Assembly: GCF_009931435.1 (NCBI RefSeq)
Contig: NZ_CP043414.1
Strand: one strand, 5' to 3'
Source: Escherichia coli
Lineage (GTDB): Bacteria; Pseudomonadota; Gammaproteobacteria; Enterobacterales; Enterobacteriaceae
Length of the DNA stretch: 64,000 nucleotides
Shown here: positions 12,961-26,491 of the stretch, piece by piece
Layout of the letters: each line of letters begins with the position of its first letter
How positions within the stretch are numbered: the first letter of the stretch is position 1
Translations under genes and position numbers: made by a program
The notes under the pieces: model-generated
The model's input: the letters and a program-made list of their open reading frames with translations, nothing else
Database searches by the model: none
What the model was told of the DNA's origin: nothing

Positions 12961-13127
12961 AACGCCTGTGCGGTGAGCTCAGGTTCCGGGGAAATAGTGT
13001 CCATCATTTTAATGGGCACTATCATGGAAAATGGCTCTGTCACATTAACAGCGAAAGTTGCTGACCAGCCGGATGGATGATTTTTTTGCAACCAGAAGAC
13101 ACTGCCTCCGATCCGGCTTACAACAAG

Positions 13128-14198
13128 TTACACCGTCACAACCGGGACCCGTAACGCCAGCGCGCACATCAACTCATAACCCACGGTTCCGGCAGCGGCG
13201 GCAACATCATCAATTTTGATCTCCTTGCCCCACAGCTCAACCGGTGTACCAATACCCGCCTGCGGGCAAGGCGTTAAATCGACCGCCAGCATATCCATCG
13301 AGACTGTCCCCACCGTCATGGTACGCACGCCGTCGACTAAAACAGGTGTACCGGTAGGCGCGTGGCGCGGATAACCGTCGGCGTATCCTGCGGCAACAAT
13401 GCCGATTCGTTGCTCATCGCGCGCAGTATAGCGACCGCCATAGCCCACACGCTCACCCGCTTTTAGCGTCTGGACACCAATAATCTCACTGCTTAGCGTC
13501 ATTACCGGACGTAATCCGGTATTGGCGATATCGCGCCACTGACCCGACGGCGAAGCACCATACAAAATAATGCCAGGCCGAACCCAGTCAAAATGCGCTT
13601 CCGGATGCCACAGAGTCGCCGCCGAATTGGACAATGAACGCCGACATTCCAGCCCTTCCGCCGCCTGCTCAATACGCGCCATTGCGCCGGCAATCCCCTC
13701 AGGATGCTCCGCCTCGGCAAAATGCGACATCAGAGTCATTTCGCCAACATTCGCCATCGCCCGCAGCTGCTGCCAGACGGTAAGCACACGATCGGGCTGG
13801 AAGCCCAACCGATTCATCCCACTGTTCACTTTAAGATAAATATCCAACGGCGCTTTTAGCCGCGCATTTTGCAGTGCTTTGAGCTGCCAGTTGCTGTGGA
13901 CGCAGGTGGTCAGGCGGTACTGGTCATAAATCTCCAGATCCTGTGCATGGAAAAAACCCTCCAGCATCAGGATCGGTCCTTTCCAGCCGCGCTCACGTAA
14001 CGTTATTGCCTCTTCCAGATTAAGTAATGCAAAGCCATCGGTGGCCCCTAGCGCGCTCCAGATACGCTCAATACCGTGCCCGTAAGCATTCGCTTTTACC
14101 ACCGACCAGACACGCGCGTGCGGCGCGGCCTGCCGGACAATGGAAAGATTCTGTTTTAATGCCTGCAGATCGAGGCTGGCCTGTATCGGACGGGTCAT
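13128..14198 (-). CDS. dadX: Catabolic alanine racemase
   Basis: 356 aa; PLP site [10 protein letters not shown]; matches DadX. Confidence 0.93.
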   Translation of the reverse strand: MTRPIQASLDLQALKQNLSIVRQAAPHARVWSVVKANAYGHGIERIWSALGATDGFALLNLEEAITLRERGWKGPILMLEGFFHAQDLEIYDQYRLTTCVHSNWQLKALQNARLKAPLDIYLKVNSGMNRLGFQPDRVLTVWQQLRAMANVGEMTLMSHFAEAEHPEGIAGAMARIEQAAEGLECRRSLSNSAATLWHPEAHFDWVRPGIILYGASPSGQWRDIANTGLRPVMTLSSEIIGVQTLKAGERVGYGGRYTARDEQRIGIVAAGYADGYPRHAPTGTPVLVDGVRTMTVGTVSMDMLAVDLTPCPQAGIGTPVELWGKEIKIDDVAAAAGTVGYELMCALALRVPVVTV

Positions 14199-14207
14199 CT
14201 CGTTTCC

Positions 14208-15551
<1,344 letters not shown>

Positions 15552-15835
15552 TTACATCTTGATAACTCAGTTGAAAATATTATTCAACATACGGCTTTTT
15601 TATGGTGAGCTGGCTCACATCTCCCTGACTCTGCAGCAATATGGCATCTTTAGTATCTCCTGCTGAACACCCTTTTTAACCAGCATAAAATTCCGCTCAG
15701 AAGCGAATTACTGGCACTCTGATAATAAGAAATCGCAAAGAAAAAAATTCTTCGGCGACGCGGTTTTTAACAGGTGTTCTATGCTTGAAATGAGGTGTTC
15801 CACACAGAGAGCACCGACAACAATGAGGTGCGCGT

Positions 15836-17368
15836 ATGGCGACGATCGATTCTATGAATAAGGACACCACACGTTTGAGCGATGGACCCGACTGGACGTT
15901 TGACCTGCTGGATGTTTATCTGGCAGAGATAGACCGGGTAGCGAAACTCTATCGGCTGGATACCTACCCGCACCAGATTGAAGTGATCACCTCAGAACAG
16001 ATGATGGATGCCTACTCCAGCGTCGGCATGCCAATTAACTATCCACACTGGTCATTCGGTAAAAAGTTTATCGAGACTGAACGGCTGTATAAGCACGGTC
16101 AGCAAGGACTGGCCTATGAAATCGTCATTAACTCTAACCCGTGTATCGCTTACCTGATGGAAGAAAACACCATTACCATGCAAGCGCTGGTGATGGCACA
16201 CGCCTGCTATGGGCATAACTCTTTCTTCAAAAATAATTACTTATTCCGTAGCTGGACCGACGCCAGTTCGATTGTCGATTATCTGATTTTTGCCCGTAAA
16301 TATATTACCGAGTGCGAAGAACGTTATGGCGTTGATGAAGTAGAACGGCTTCTGGACTCGTGCCACGCGCTGATGAACTACGGCGTGGACCGGTACAAAC
16401 GCCCGCAAAAAATCTCGCTGCAAGAAGAGAAAGCCCGGCAGAAAAGTCGCGAAGAGTATCTGCAAAGTCAGGTCAATATGCTCTGGCGTACCCTGCCGAA
16501 GCGCGAGGAAGAGAAAACGGTTGCTGAAGCGCGCCGCTATCCGTCCGAGCCACAAGAAAACCTGCTCTATTTTATGGAGAAAAATGCGCCACTGCTGGAA
16601 TCATGGCAGCGTGAAATTCTGCGTATTGTGCGTAAGGTGAGCCAGTATTTTTATCCGCAAAAACAGACTCAGGTGATGAACGAAGGCTGGGCGACCTTCT
16701 GGCACTACACCATCCTTAACCATCTGTATGATGAAGGGAAAGTAACGGAACGTTTTATGCTGGAGTTTTTGCACAGCCACACCAATGTGGTCTTCCAGCC
16801 GCCCTATAACAGCCCGTGGTACAGCGGAATAAACCCGTATGCGCTTGGTTTCGCCATGTTCCAGGATATTAAACGGATTTGTCAGTCGCCAACGGAAGAA
16901 GACAAATACTGGTTCCCGGATATCGCCGGTTCTGACTGGCTGGACACATTGCATTTTGCGATGCGTGATTTCAAAGATGAGAGCTTTATCAGTCAGTTCC
17001 TGTCACCGAAAGTGATGCGTGATTTCCGCTTCTTCACCGTGCTGGACGACGATCGGCATAATTATCTGGAGATTTCCGCTATTCATAATGAAGAAGGTTA
17101 TCGGGAGATCCGTAACCGGTTATCGTCGCAATATAATTTAAGTAATCTGGAGCCGAATATTCAGATCTGGAACGTGGATTTGCGCGGCGACCGTTCGCTG
17201 ACGCTGCGTTACATTCCACATAATCGCGCACCGCTGGATCGGGGGCGCAAAGAAGTGCTGAAGCATGTGCATCGCCTGTGGGGATTTGATGTGATGCTGG
17301 AACAGCAAAACGAAGACGGCAGCGTCGAGTTGCTGGAACGCTGCCCGCCGAGAATGGGAAATCTGTAA
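15836..17368 (+). CDS. ycgB: SpoVR-family protein YcgB
   Basis: 510-aa translation matches YcgB. Confidence 0.9.
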   Translation: MATIDSMNKDTTRLSDGPDWTFDLLDVYLAEIDRVAKLYRLDTYPHQIEVITSEQMMDAYSSVGMPINYPHWSFGKKFIETERLYKHGQQGLAYEIVINSNPCIAYLMEENTITMQALVMAHACYGHNSFFKNNYLFRSWTDASSIVDYLIFARKYITECEERYGVDEVERLLDSCHALMNYGVDRYKRPQKISLQEEKARQKSREEYLQSQVNMLWRTLPKREEEKTVAEARRYPSEPQENLLYFMEKNAPLLESWQREILRIVRKVSQYFYPQKQTQVMNEGWATFWHYTILNHLYDEGKVTERFMLEFLHSHTNVVFQPPYNSPWYSGINPYALGFAMFQDIKRICQSPTEEDKYWFPDIAGSDWLDTLHFAMRDFKDESFISQFLSPKVMRDFRFFTVLDDDRHNYLEISAIHNEEGYREIRNRLSSQYNLSNLEPNIQIWNVDLRGDRSLTLRYIPHNRAPLDRGRKEVLKHVHRLWGFDVMLEQQNEDGSVELLERCPPRMGNL

Positions 17369-17379
17369 AAACAACAAAA

Positions 17380-17407
17380 AACCCCTCGTTTGAGGGGTTT
17401 GCTTTTT
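17380..17407. terminator. Bidirectional rho-independent terminator between ycgB and fadR
   Basis: aacccctcgtttgaggggtt hairpin flanked by A-run and T-run. Confidence 0.8.
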
Positions 17408-17419
17408 AAACGGAAGGGA

Positions 17420-18139
17420 TTATCGCCCCTGAATGGCTAAATCACCCGGCAGATTTTTCTGCATCCGGTGCCAAATCTCGCCGCTCTCATGCCCATAGCG
17501 ACGCACTGTTTCGTATACCTGATCGTGTGCGCCTTCACTGCACAACGCCGACAGTTTGTGGTAGAAGCCCAGCGCCAGACTGCGCGCTTCCGGATTGGCA
17601 AAATAGTGACGACCAATGCGCGTATACAGCCCTTTCATCCCGTTAAGGATCAGACCGTAAATCGGGTTGCCGGAAGCAAACGCCAGACCGCGGAATATGT
17701 TGTAATCCAGCTCGGCAAAGGCATCGGCGTGATCGGCCACTTCATTAGCGGTAGCCAGCACTTCCTGCGCTTTATCGGGATGCTGACGAAACGCGGTGCG
17801 AATAAAAATAGTGGAAATATTGGTACGCACCGACAGCAAATTATCAATAAGCTGCGGCACACTTTCGTGATCCAGTCGCGCCAGTGTTTCAAGGATATTT
17901 AAACCGGAAGTTTCCCAGAAATTATTCACCTTCGTCGGCTTGCCATGTTGAATGGTCAACCAGCCATCTCGTGCCAGACGCTGTAACACTTCACGTAACG
18001 TAGTACGCGTTACGCCAATTAATTCTGAAAGTTCACGTTCTGCGGGCAAAATAGTCCCGGGAGGGAAGCGGTTATTCCAGATACTTTCAATAATGTACTC
18101 TTCCGCGAAACCCGCCGGGCTTTGCGCCTTAATGACCAT
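17420..18139 (-). CDS. fadR: Fatty acid metabolism regulator (GntR family)
   Basis: 239 aa from [59 protein letters not shown]; matches FadR. Confidence 0.95.
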
Positions 18140-18360
18140 AGTGAGATTTCCATAACACAGCAAAACAAAGTTGGACTCATCATACCAGAGGGCTAACTAC
18201 GCTGATAGCAGACAAAAAGAAGAAAAAAGGGATCAAGGCTTCATTTTCCGCATCTCTTTACCCTTGACTATCAAGACTTGCCTCACTCCTGCCTGACCGT
18301 TAAGCTTTGCGTTTAAACATAAAAACATCATTGATTATTTGTAAGGTAAGGGAAACCATC

Positions 18361-19902
18361 ATGGAGATCTCCTGGGGCCGCGCGCTATGGCGCAATTTTT
18401 TGGGCCAGTCCCCCGACTGGTACAAACTCGCCCTCATCATTTTCTTAATCGTAAATCCGTTAATTTTCCTCATCAGCCCTTTCGTCGCTGGCTGGTTGCT
18501 GGTAGCGGAATTTATTTTCACTCTGGCGATGGCCCTGAAATGCTACCCGCTACTCCCCGGTGGCCTGTTGGCTATCGAAGCGGTATTCATCGGCATGACC
18601 AGCGCGGAACACGTCCGTGAAGAGGTGGCGGCAAATCTTGAAGTCTTGCTGTTACTGATGTTTATGGTGGCGGGTATCTATTTTATGAAACAGCTGTTGC
18701 TGTTCATATTTACCCGTTTGCTGTTAAGCATTCGCTCCAAAATGCTGCTGTCGCTCTCTTTTTGCGTGGCAGCGGCGTTCCTCTCCGCGTTCCTCGATGC
18801 CTTAACCGTCGTGGCGGTGGTGATCAGCGTTGCCGTCGGTTTTTATGGTATTTATCACCGCGTAGCCTCTTCCCGTACTGAAGATACCGACCTGCAAGAC
18901 GATAGTCATATCGACAAGCATTACAAAGTGGTTCTGGAACAGTTCCGTGGTTTTCTGCGCAGCCTGATGATGCATGCAGGTGTCGGCACCGCATTAGGCG
19001 GCGTGATGACCATGGTGGGCGAACCACAGAACTTGATCATCGCTAAAGCGGCTGGCTGGCATTTTGGCGATTTCTTCCTGCGCATGTCGCCGGTGACCGT
19101 TCCAGTTCTGATTTGTGGCCTGTTGACCTGCCTGCTGGTGGAGAAGCTACGTTGGTTTGGCTACGGCGAAACGCTGCCGGAGAAAGTCCGCGAAGTGCTG
19201 CAACAGTTTGACGATCAAAGTCGCCACCAGCGTACCCGTCAGGATAAAATTCGTCTGATTGTCCAGGCGATTATCGGCGTCTGGCTGGTCACCGCGCTGG
19301 CGTTGCATTTGGCGGAGGTTGGCCTGATTGGTTTGTCGGTCATTATTCTGGCGACATCATTGACTGGTGTCACTGATGAACATGCTATCGGTAAAGCCTT
19401 CACCGAATCTCTGCCATTCACCGCACTGTTGACGGTGTTTTTCTCGGTAGTCGCGGTGATTATCGACCAACAACTGTTTTCGCCGATTATTCAGTTTGTG
19501 TTGCAGGCATCGGAACATGCTCAGCTGTCGCTGTTCTATATTTTCAACGGTCTGCTGTCATCCATTTCGGATAACGTCTTCGTGGGGACGATTTATATCA
19601 ACGAAGCGAAAGCGGCAATGGAAAGTGGCGCTATCACGTTGAAGCAATACGAGCTGCTGGCGGTCGCCATTAATACCGGTACCAATCTGCCCTCCGTCGC
19701 TACGCCGAACGGTCAGGCTGCGTTCCTGTTCCTGCTGACCTCTGCACTCGCGCCATTGATTCGCCTCTCTTATGGGCGCATGGTGTGGATGGCCCTGCCT
19801 TACACCCTCGTCCTGACACTCGTCGGCTTGCTCTGCGTCGAGTTTACGCTTGCCCCTGTAACCGAATGGTTTATGCAAATGGGCTGGATAGCAACGCTTT
19901 GA
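18361..19902 (+). CDS. nhaB: Na+/H+ antiporter NhaB
   Basis: 513 aa from [24 protein letters not shown]...; matches NhaB. Confidence 0.93.
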
Positions 19903-19913
19903 TAACAACTTAC

Positions 19914-19944
19914 CGGGCATATAAATGCCCGGTTTGCCTTTTCG
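19914..19944 (+). terminator. Rho-independent terminator after nhaB
   Basis: ccgggcatataaatgcccgg hairpin followed by tttgcctttt. Confidence 0.75.
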
Positions 19945-20047
19945 CCCGATAATTGTCCAATTGCGTCCTATTTTTGCTGCCTCCTGGTGGCGCAGCGAAT
20001 GAATTGGTTTAAACTGCGCACTCTATGCATATTGCAGGGAAATGATT

Positions 20048-20578
20048 ATGTTGCGATTTTTGAATCAATGTTCACAAGGTCGGGGCGCGTGGCTGTTGAT
20101 GGCGTTTACCGCTCTGGCACTGGAACTGACGGCGCTGTGGTTCCAGCATGTGATGTTACTGAAACCTTGCGTGCTCTGTATTTATGAACGCTGCGCATTA
20201 TTCGGCATTCTGGGTGCTGCGCTGATTGGCGCGATCGCCCCGAAAACTCCGCTGCGTTATGTAGCGATGATTATCTGGTTGTATAGTGCGTTCCGCGGTG
20301 TGCAGTTAACTTACGAGCACACCATGCTTCAGCTCTATCCTTCGCCGTTTGCGACCTGTGATTTTATGGTTCGTTTCCCTGACTGGCTGCCGCTGGATAA
20401 ATGGGTACCGCAAGTGTTTGTCGCCTCTGGCGATTGTGCCGAGCGTCAGTGGGAATTTTTAGGTCTGGAAATGCCGCAGTGGCTGCTCGGTATTTTTATC
20501 GCTTACCTCATTGTCGCGGTGCTGGTGGTGATTTCCCAGCCGTTTAAAGCGAAAAAACGTGACCTGTTCGGTCGCTAA
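20048..20578 (+). CDS. dsbB: Disulfide bond formation protein B
   Basis: 176 aa from [20 protein letters not shown]...; CVLC and CDF cysteine pairs; followed by hairpin gcgctcctgcgggagcgc plus T-run at about 20587..20609. Confidence 0.93.
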   Translation: MLRFLNQCSQGRGAWLLMAFTALALELTALWFQHVMLLKPCVLCIYERCALFGILGAALIGAIAPKTPLRYVAMIIWLYSAFRGVQLTYEHTMLQLYPSPFATCDFMVRFPDWLPLDKWVPQVFVASGDCAERQWEFLGLEMPQWLLGIFIAYLIVAVLVVISQPFKAKKRDLFGR

Positions 20579-20622
20579 TCCATTTGGCGCTCCTGCGGGA
20601 GCGCTTTTTGCTGCCGCTATGT

Positions 20623-21891
20623 TCATTTGACCCGCAGTAAATCCGTACTTCGTGTTGTATAACGTGGTGAAAGCATGGCACGCTTCATCTGCCATTGTTG
20701 CTGGATCCCCTGCCCGGCAAAATAGAGTGTTCCTCTGCCCTCTTTGGCATTCAGCGTATCCATCACCGTCATCAATTGCTCACTCCCGGGACGCGGTGCA
20801 TTGTCATCGAATAAATTGAGCTGCGCGACTCCCTGACTGAAGAAATCCCCCAGCATCACGCCTGCTTTTTGGTAGCGATGGCCCGCTTGCCAGATGGCAT
20901 CCAGAGATCGCGTAGCGGCGTTAATAATATCCCTGCTATCCTGAGTGGGCGTCAGTAGTTTTACCGACGCACTATTGCCGTAATAAGGTTCATTGAGCGC
21001 GAATGGCGACGTTTTTATAAATGTGGAGATAAACCGACAATATTGATGCTCGCTGCGAAGTTTTTCCGCCGCCCGGGCAGCGTAACTACAAATGGCCTGC
21101 CGCATCGACGTATAATCCGTGATGCGTTCACCAAACGAGCGGGAACAGATAATTTCCTGCTTCGTCGGTGCAAACTCTTCCAGCTGCAAACAGGGTTCGC
21201 CGCGCAGTTCACGCACCGTTCTTTCGAGCACGACATTAAAATGTTTACGGATAAACCGGATATCTGTATCCGCCAAATCGAGAACGGTTTTGATCCCCAT
21301 CGCGTCCAGTTTTTTGCTGATCCGCCGTCCAATCCCCCAGACTTCATCCACGGGGAGAGCAGACATTAATTTACGCTGGCGTTCCAGATTTGATAAATCC
21401 ACCACCCCACCCGTCTGCCGCTGCCATTTTTTTGCCGCATGATTGGCAAGCTTAGCCAGCGTTTTGGTCTGGGCGATCCCCACACCAACAGTAAGATGGG
21501 TACGTTGTAGCACCTTTGCGCGAATTTCTCTGCCAAAATCAGTCAGATCGCGACAATTACGCACACCGGTCAGATCGCAGAATGCCTCATCAATACTGTA
21601 AATCTCGACGCGGGGCGATAGCTCTTCCAGCGTCGACATCACCCGATTGCTCATATCGGCGTAAAGCTCATAGTTACTGCTAAAGCAAACCACGCCACAG
21701 CGGCGAAACAGATCTTTTTGTTTGAACCAGGGATCGCCCATTTTAACGCCCAGCGCTTTTGCCTCGGCGTTGCGGGCAATAACACAACCGTCGTTATTAG
21801 ATAAAACAACCACCGGTTTACCCCATAAATCAGGGCGAAACACCGTCTCACAACTGGCATAAAACGCGTTTACATCACAGAGGGCAAACAT
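20623..21891 (-). CDS. umuC: DNA polymerase V catalytic subunit
   Basis: 422 aa, [15 protein letters not shown]... Y-family polymerase N-terminus; overlaps umuD stop. Confidence 0.93.
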   Translation of the reverse strand: MFALCDVNAFYASCETVFRPDLWGKPVVVLSNNDGCVIARNAEAKALGVKMGDPWFKQKDLFRRCGVVCFSSNYELYADMSNRVMSTLEELSPRVEIYSIDEAFCDLTGVRNCRDLTDFGREIRAKVLQRTHLTVGVGIAQTKTLAKLANHAAKKWQRQTGGVVDLSNLERQRKLMSALPVDEVWGIGRRISKKLDAMGIKTVLDLADTDIRFIRKHFNVVLERTVRELRGEPCLQLEEFAPTKQEIICSRSFGERITDYTSMRQAICSYAARAAEKLRSEHQYCRFISTFIKTSPFALNEPYYGNSASVKLLTPTQDSRDIINAATRSLDAIWQAGHRYQKAGVMLGDFFSQGVAQLNLFDDNAPRPGSEQLMTVMDTLNAKEGRGTLYFAGQGIQQQWQMKRAMLSPRYTTRSTDLLRVK

Positions 21892-22310
21892 CAGCGCATC
21901 GCCTTAACGACGTGGATCACCACACCAAAGACATCCAGCGTATCTTCGCTACTGATGGTAATGGGTGAATATGCACTGTTCATGGGAATAAGCTGCACTG
22001 TCGGGCGTAGTTGCAATTTTTTCACCGTAAACTCGCCGTCAACAGCAGCGATGACAATATCACCATGGCTGGCGGTAATAGCGCTATCGACAATCAGTAA
22101 ATCACCGTCACTAATCCCACCGTCAATCATAGAATCACCACTTGCTTTGACGAAGTAAGTCGCGCTGGGATGCTGGATCAACAGTTGATTCAGATCGATG
22201 CGCTGTTCAACGTAATCTGCGGCCGGTGAAGGAAAGCCACACTGAACAAGATCGCTAAATAGCGGAAAAGTCACAATTTCGCGGAGATCCGCAGGCTTGA
22301 TAAACAACAT
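21891..22310 (-). CDS. umuD: DNA polymerase V subunit UmuD (LexA-like self-cleaving protein)
   Basis: 139 aa; S24-peptidase-like ...[20 protein letters not shown]... Ser/Lys dyad region. Confidence 0.93.
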
Positions 22311-22329
22311 AATAATCTGCCTGAAGTTA

Positions 22330-22349
22330 TACTGTTTTTATATACAGTA
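22330..22349 (-). promoter_or_regulatory. LexA (SOS) box in the umuDC promoter
   Basis: tactgtttttatatacagta = CTGT-N8-ACAG consensus palindrome about 20 bp upstream of the umuD start. Confidence 0.85.
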
Positions 22350-22681
22350 GTCTGTTCTTGCCAGCAGATCAATACTGATTCAGGCTATCAATATTTGTCG
22401 CTGCATAGACTGCTGATTTTTCGTTCTCTTATCCTGTGCTCACGCGGCCTTCTGGCGACGACGCTCATCCAGCAGAAATGAAAAATATCACCCGGCTAAA
22501 AATAGAATAGAAGCATTCGCCATAATGACATTAAACATTGTTTGATATTTATCATATTAATAGAAATAAAGACATTGACGCATCTCACCCGCCTAACTAT
22601 GAATTAGATGAAGTAAAATTCATTAATCGTTGTAAAACAGGGGTTTCATTACAATTTATATATTTAAAGAGGCGAATGATT

Positions 22682-23593
22682 ATGACTGAAATCGTTGCAG
22701 ATAAAACGGTAGAGGTAGTTAAAAACGCAATCGAAACCGCAGATGGAGCATTAGACCTTTATAATAAATATCTCGATCAGGTCATCCCCTGGCAGACCTT
22801 CGATGAAACCATAAAAGAGCTAAGTCGCTTTAAACAGGAGTATTCACAGGCAGCCTCCGTTTTAGTTGGCGATATTAAAACCTTACTTATGGATAGCCAG
22901 GATAAGTATTTTGAAGCAACCCAAACGGTGTATGAATGGTGTGGTGTTGCGACGCAATTGCTCGCAGCATATATTTTGCTATTTGATGAGTACAATGAGA
23001 AGAAAGCATCCGCCCAGAAAGACATTCTCATTAAGGTACTGGATGACGGCATCACGAAGCTGAATGAAGCGCAAAAATCTCTGCTGGTAAGCTCACAAAG
23101 TTTCAACAACGCTTCTGGAAAACTGCTGGCGTTAGATAGCCAGTTAACCAATGATTTTTCAGAAAAAAGCAGCTATTTCCAGTCACAGGTAGATAAAATC
23201 AGGAAGGAAGCGTATGCCGGTGCCGCAGCCGGTGTCGTCGCCGGTCCATTTGGATTAATCATTTCCTATTCTATTGCTGCGGGCGTAGTTGAAGGGAAAC
23301 TGATTCCAGAATTGAAGAACAAGTTAAAATCTGTGCAGAGTTTCTTTACCACCCTGTCTAACACGGTTAAACAAGCGAATAAAGATATCGATGCTGCCAA
23401 ATTGAAATTAACCACCGAAATAGCCGCCATCGGGGAGATAAAAACGGAAACTGAAACAACCAGATTCTACGTTGATTATGATGATTTAATGCTTTCTTTG
23501 CTAAAAGAAGCGGCAAAAAAAATGATTAACACCTGTAATGAGTATCAGAAAAGACACGGTAAGAAGACACTCTTTGAGGTACCTGAAGTCTGA
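22682..23593 (+). CDS. hlyE: Pore-forming cytolysin hemolysin E (ClyA/SheA), apparently intact
   Basis: 303 aa from MTEIVADKTVEVVKNAIETADGALDLYNKYLDQVIPWQTF...; includes the beta-tongue hydrophobic stretch AAAGVVAGPFGLIISYSIAAGV. Confidence 0.92.
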   Translation: MTEIVADKTVEVVKNAIETADGALDLYNKYLDQVIPWQTFDETIKELSRFKQEYSQAASVLVGDIKTLLMDSQDKYFEATQTVYEWCGVATQLLAAYILLFDEYNEKKASAQKDILIKVLDDGITKLNEAQKSLLVSSQSFNNASGKLLALDSQLTNDFSEKSSYFQSQVDKIRKEAYAGAAAGVVAGPFGLIISYSIAAGVVEGKLIPELKNKLKSVQSFFTTLSNTVKQANKDIDAAKLKLTTEIAAIGEIKTETETTRFYVDYDDLMLSLLKEAAKKMINTCNEYQKRHGKKTLFEVPEV

Positions 23594-23799
23594 TAAGCGA
23601 TTATTCTCTCCATGTACTCAAGGTATAAAGTTTATCACATTTAAAAATACAGCCGTTTTTTAAAGATTGAGAGTTACCTGCTGATAATAAGGTATCGGGT
23701 AACTCTCATTATGACAGAGCGCTTTCAAAAACAGGGCTACGAAATGGCGAGCATTCAGACGTATATTAAGAAAGCCCCCATCAACATCTATTAAATTTA

Positions 23800-24261
23800 T
23801 CACTGCGCCCAGTCAGGTTTATTTAAGATATGATCCTGCCAGTCAATCACTTCTGATTCTTTCACTGCGATATGACGCACAGAGATACGTTCGCCATGCA
23901 TTGCCGCTTTCGAACCAGTAAGCAGCGGATGCCACGCAGGTAAATCTTTACCTTCCGCCAGCAAGCGATAAGCGCAGGTTATTGGCAACCATTCGAATGT
24001 TGGCAGATTTTCACGGGTTAGTTTAATGCAGTCGGGTTCAAACTCGAAACGACGTTCGTAGTTCCGACATTGACAGGTTTTAATATTGAGCTGGCGACAG
24101 GCGACGTTAGTGAAGTAGATTTCGTCGGTGTCTTCATCCATCAGTTTATGCAGGCAACACTGACCGCAACCATCACACAACGACTCCCATTCCGCATCGC
24201 TCATTTCGTCCAGGGTTTTACTTTGCCAGAAAGGTACATCGCTCATCAGGTGTTCCGCCAT
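23800..24261 (-). CDS. ycgN: YcgN (UPF0260) Cys-rich protein
   Basis: 153 aa from [15 protein letters not shown]...; conserved CDGCGQCC motif. Confidence 0.88.
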   Translation of the reverse strand: MAEHLMSDVPFWQSKTLDEMSDAEWESLCDGCGQCCLHKLMDEDTDEIYFTNVACRQLNIKTCQCRNYERRFEFEPDCIKLTRENLPTFEWLPITCAYRLLAEGKDLPAWHPLLTGSKAAMHGERISVRHIAVKESEVIDWQDHILNKPDWAQ

Positions 24262-24337
24262 TACGTTAAAACGCACCTTATAACCAGTCTGGCACAGCGA
24301 TGCAAGTTTTGCCGCCGCTTTCAGGCGGCAAAAAGTA

Positions 24338-24997
24338 TTACAAAACGCGAGTTGTCAAAGAATGCCCATCGAAAGTGACTGTCAGCTCATCACCGCTTTG
24401 CAACGGGCCGACGCCATCAGGCGTGCCTGTCAGCACAACGTCACCGGCCTTGAGGGTAAAAAACTTGCTCATATAAGCGATCAGCGGAACGATTTTATGG
24501 ATCATGTCCGCAGTCGTACCTTGCTGGCGTTGTTCGCCATTTACGCTCAGGCCCAGCGTTGTATTTTGCGGATCGCCGGTGAATTCCGCCGCGGGAATAA
24601 ACCCGGAAAGCGGACAAGAGTTATCAAACGCTTTGGCCTTTTCCCACGGCTGCCCGGCTTTCTTCATTTTTCCCTGAACATCACGCAATGTCAGATCGAG
24701 CGCCACGCCGTAACCGGCAATGGCTTTGCAGACATGCTCTTCCGTAGCCTGACGCAGCGTCGCGCCAATCAATACCGCCAGTTCGACTTCATGATGAACT
24801 GAACCGAAATCGGATGGGATCGCCAATGGCTGCCGCAGATCGCACAGTGCCGTTTCTGGTTTAATAAACAGCACTGGCTCTTCGGGCACTGCGCTGCCCA
24901 TCTCTTTAATATGTTTGGCATAGTTACTACCAACACAGACTACTTTACTCACCGGATAATCCAGCAGCGCACCTTGCCAGTTGTGATGTTGATACAT
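24338..24997 (-). CDS. ycgM: Fumarylacetoacetate hydrolase-family protein (oxaloacetate decarboxylase-like)
   Basis: 219-aa translation matches YcgM. Confidence 0.88.
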   Translation of the reverse strand: MYQHHNWQGALLDYPVSKVVCVGSNYAKHIKEMGSAVPEEPVLFIKPETALCDLRQPLAIPSDFGSVHHEVELAVLIGATLRQATEEHVCKAIAGYGVALDLTLRDVQGKMKKAGQPWEKAKAFDNSCPLSGFIPAAEFTGDPQNTTLGLSVNGEQRQQGTTADMIHKIVPLIAYMSKFFTLKAGDVVLTGTPDGVGPLQSGDELTVTFDGHSLTTRVL

Positions 24998-25068
24998 AAC
25001 GTTCCCCTCACCTTATCGTGGATATGAAAACCCGCGCCGACAAAGATAATGCCACCGCCGGATATCGG

Positions 25069-25395
25069 TTATTTGTTCGTGTCGTCTGTTTTCTGCCCCA
25101 TGACGGAAAGATGTTGCTTCAGCAAATCTTCGGGTGGTGGCGGTAACTGCAAATAGTAACCTTGCTCGGTTAATGCCTGTTTAACCTTTTCAATATCGGC
25201 ATTGACCAGTTTCTTCCGCCCATCCAGCGGCAGAATCATCGCTAACTGAGGCTGACCAAAACCTTTCATCAGTTCCTCAGGTACACGCGAAAAATCGTCT
25301 TTTTTTTCGACATATAAATAAGTCTGGTCACGCTTGCTGCTTCGATAAATCACACAAAACATACTTTTACTCTTTAAGATGCCAGGTTTTGGCAT
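25069..25395 (-). CDS. ycgL: YcgL-domain protein
   Basis: 108-aa translation matches YcgL. Confidence 0.85.
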   Translation of the reverse strand: MPKPGILKSKSMFCVIYRSSKRDQTYLYVEKKDDFSRVPEELMKGFGQPQLAMILPLDGRKKLVNADIEKVKQALTEQGYYLQLPPPPEDLLKQHLSVMGQKTDDTNK

Positions 25396-25601
25396 AAGCT
25401 AACATCAATGAAACCCGCGCCACAAGCCAGCCAGCTGTAGATTTCTGCGGTTTGTTCAGTCCATGCGCCCTTAATAAGTGATCCCCGGCAAAAATGCCGC
25501 GCCGGGATTTAACCGAACGCAGGAAAGCCACTGGAATTCTCCTGTGATGAATTGTTATATTATAACAGTTCATCGTACTCATTCTGAACAGGAGACTACC
25601 T

Positions 25602-26003
25602 ATGAAAATCAAGGGCATCAGTAAGGCTGTATTATTGCTTGCACTGCTAACCTCCACGAGCTTTGCTGCGGGTAAGAATGTCAATGTTGAGTTCAGAAAA
25701 GGCCATAGCAGCGCTCAGTACTCCGGCGAAATAAAGGGATACGATTACGATACATATATCTTCTATGCCAAAAAAGGTCAGAAAGTGCATGTGAGTATCT
25801 CTAATGAAGGCGCTGATACTTACCTCTTCGGGCCAGGAATCGATGATTCTGTTGATTTATCCAGATATTCCCCAGAACTCGATAGTCACGGACAATACTC
25901 ACTCCCTGCTTCTGGCAAATATGAGCTGCGAGTGCTGCAAACCCGAAACGACGCCCGTAAAAACAAAACTAAAAAATATAACGTCAATATTCAAATTAAG
26001 TAA
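25602..26003 (+). CDS. pliG: Periplasmic inhibitor of g-type lysozyme
   Basis: 133 aa with signal peptide [22 protein letters not shown]; matches PliG (YcgK). Confidence 0.85.
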
Positions 26004-26122
26004 ATGTCAACCGACGGGGACTCTCCCCGTCATAAACGTTAACGCCCCACTCCTCTCTGTCGCTCAAGAGGTTAATGACGAATAGCAGACAATGCCGAAT
26101 AGAACATAATGTAAACAAGGCA

Positions 26123-26491
26123 TCACTCACGACACATAAATAACATCTTTGTGGTGGTTTGATTGATTTTTCCACCCCGCTTACCATCCACACCAAAATA
26201 ACGATCATCACGACATAATTTTTCTTTAACATCGCAAAATACACCGTTAGCGAATGTAAATTCGCTGGGATCGTAGCCTTGTAATGATTGTAAGTTTTCA
26301 GCGGCTTTTTCGCCGAGATATTTCCTTGTTAACTCTGGGGAAATGCCATCTGAGTTCACACAAATATACGGGTCGCAAACAACGCCGCACGCCGGAGATT
26401 GAAGTCCGCCAGCGTCATTTCCAGACGCCATTGATGAGAACATCATCCCCACACCTGACAATCCGATATAAAAAATACGCATCATATTCAT
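26123..26491 (-). CDS. ycgJ: YcgJ, secreted small protein of unknown function
   Basis: 122 aa with signal peptide; matches YcgJ. Confidence 0.8.
   Translation of the reverse strand: MNMMRIFYIGLSGVGMMFSSMASGNDAGGLQSPACGVVCDPYICVNSDGISPELTRKYLGEKAAENLQSLQGYDPSEFTFANGVFCDVKEKLCRDDRYFGVDGKRGGKINQTTTKMLFMCRE

Noticed and set aside
22682-23593. hlyE considered as a candidate novel toxin
   Set aside because: It is the well-characterised ClyA/HlyE pore-forming cytolysin at its usual chromosomal position; intact but not novel.
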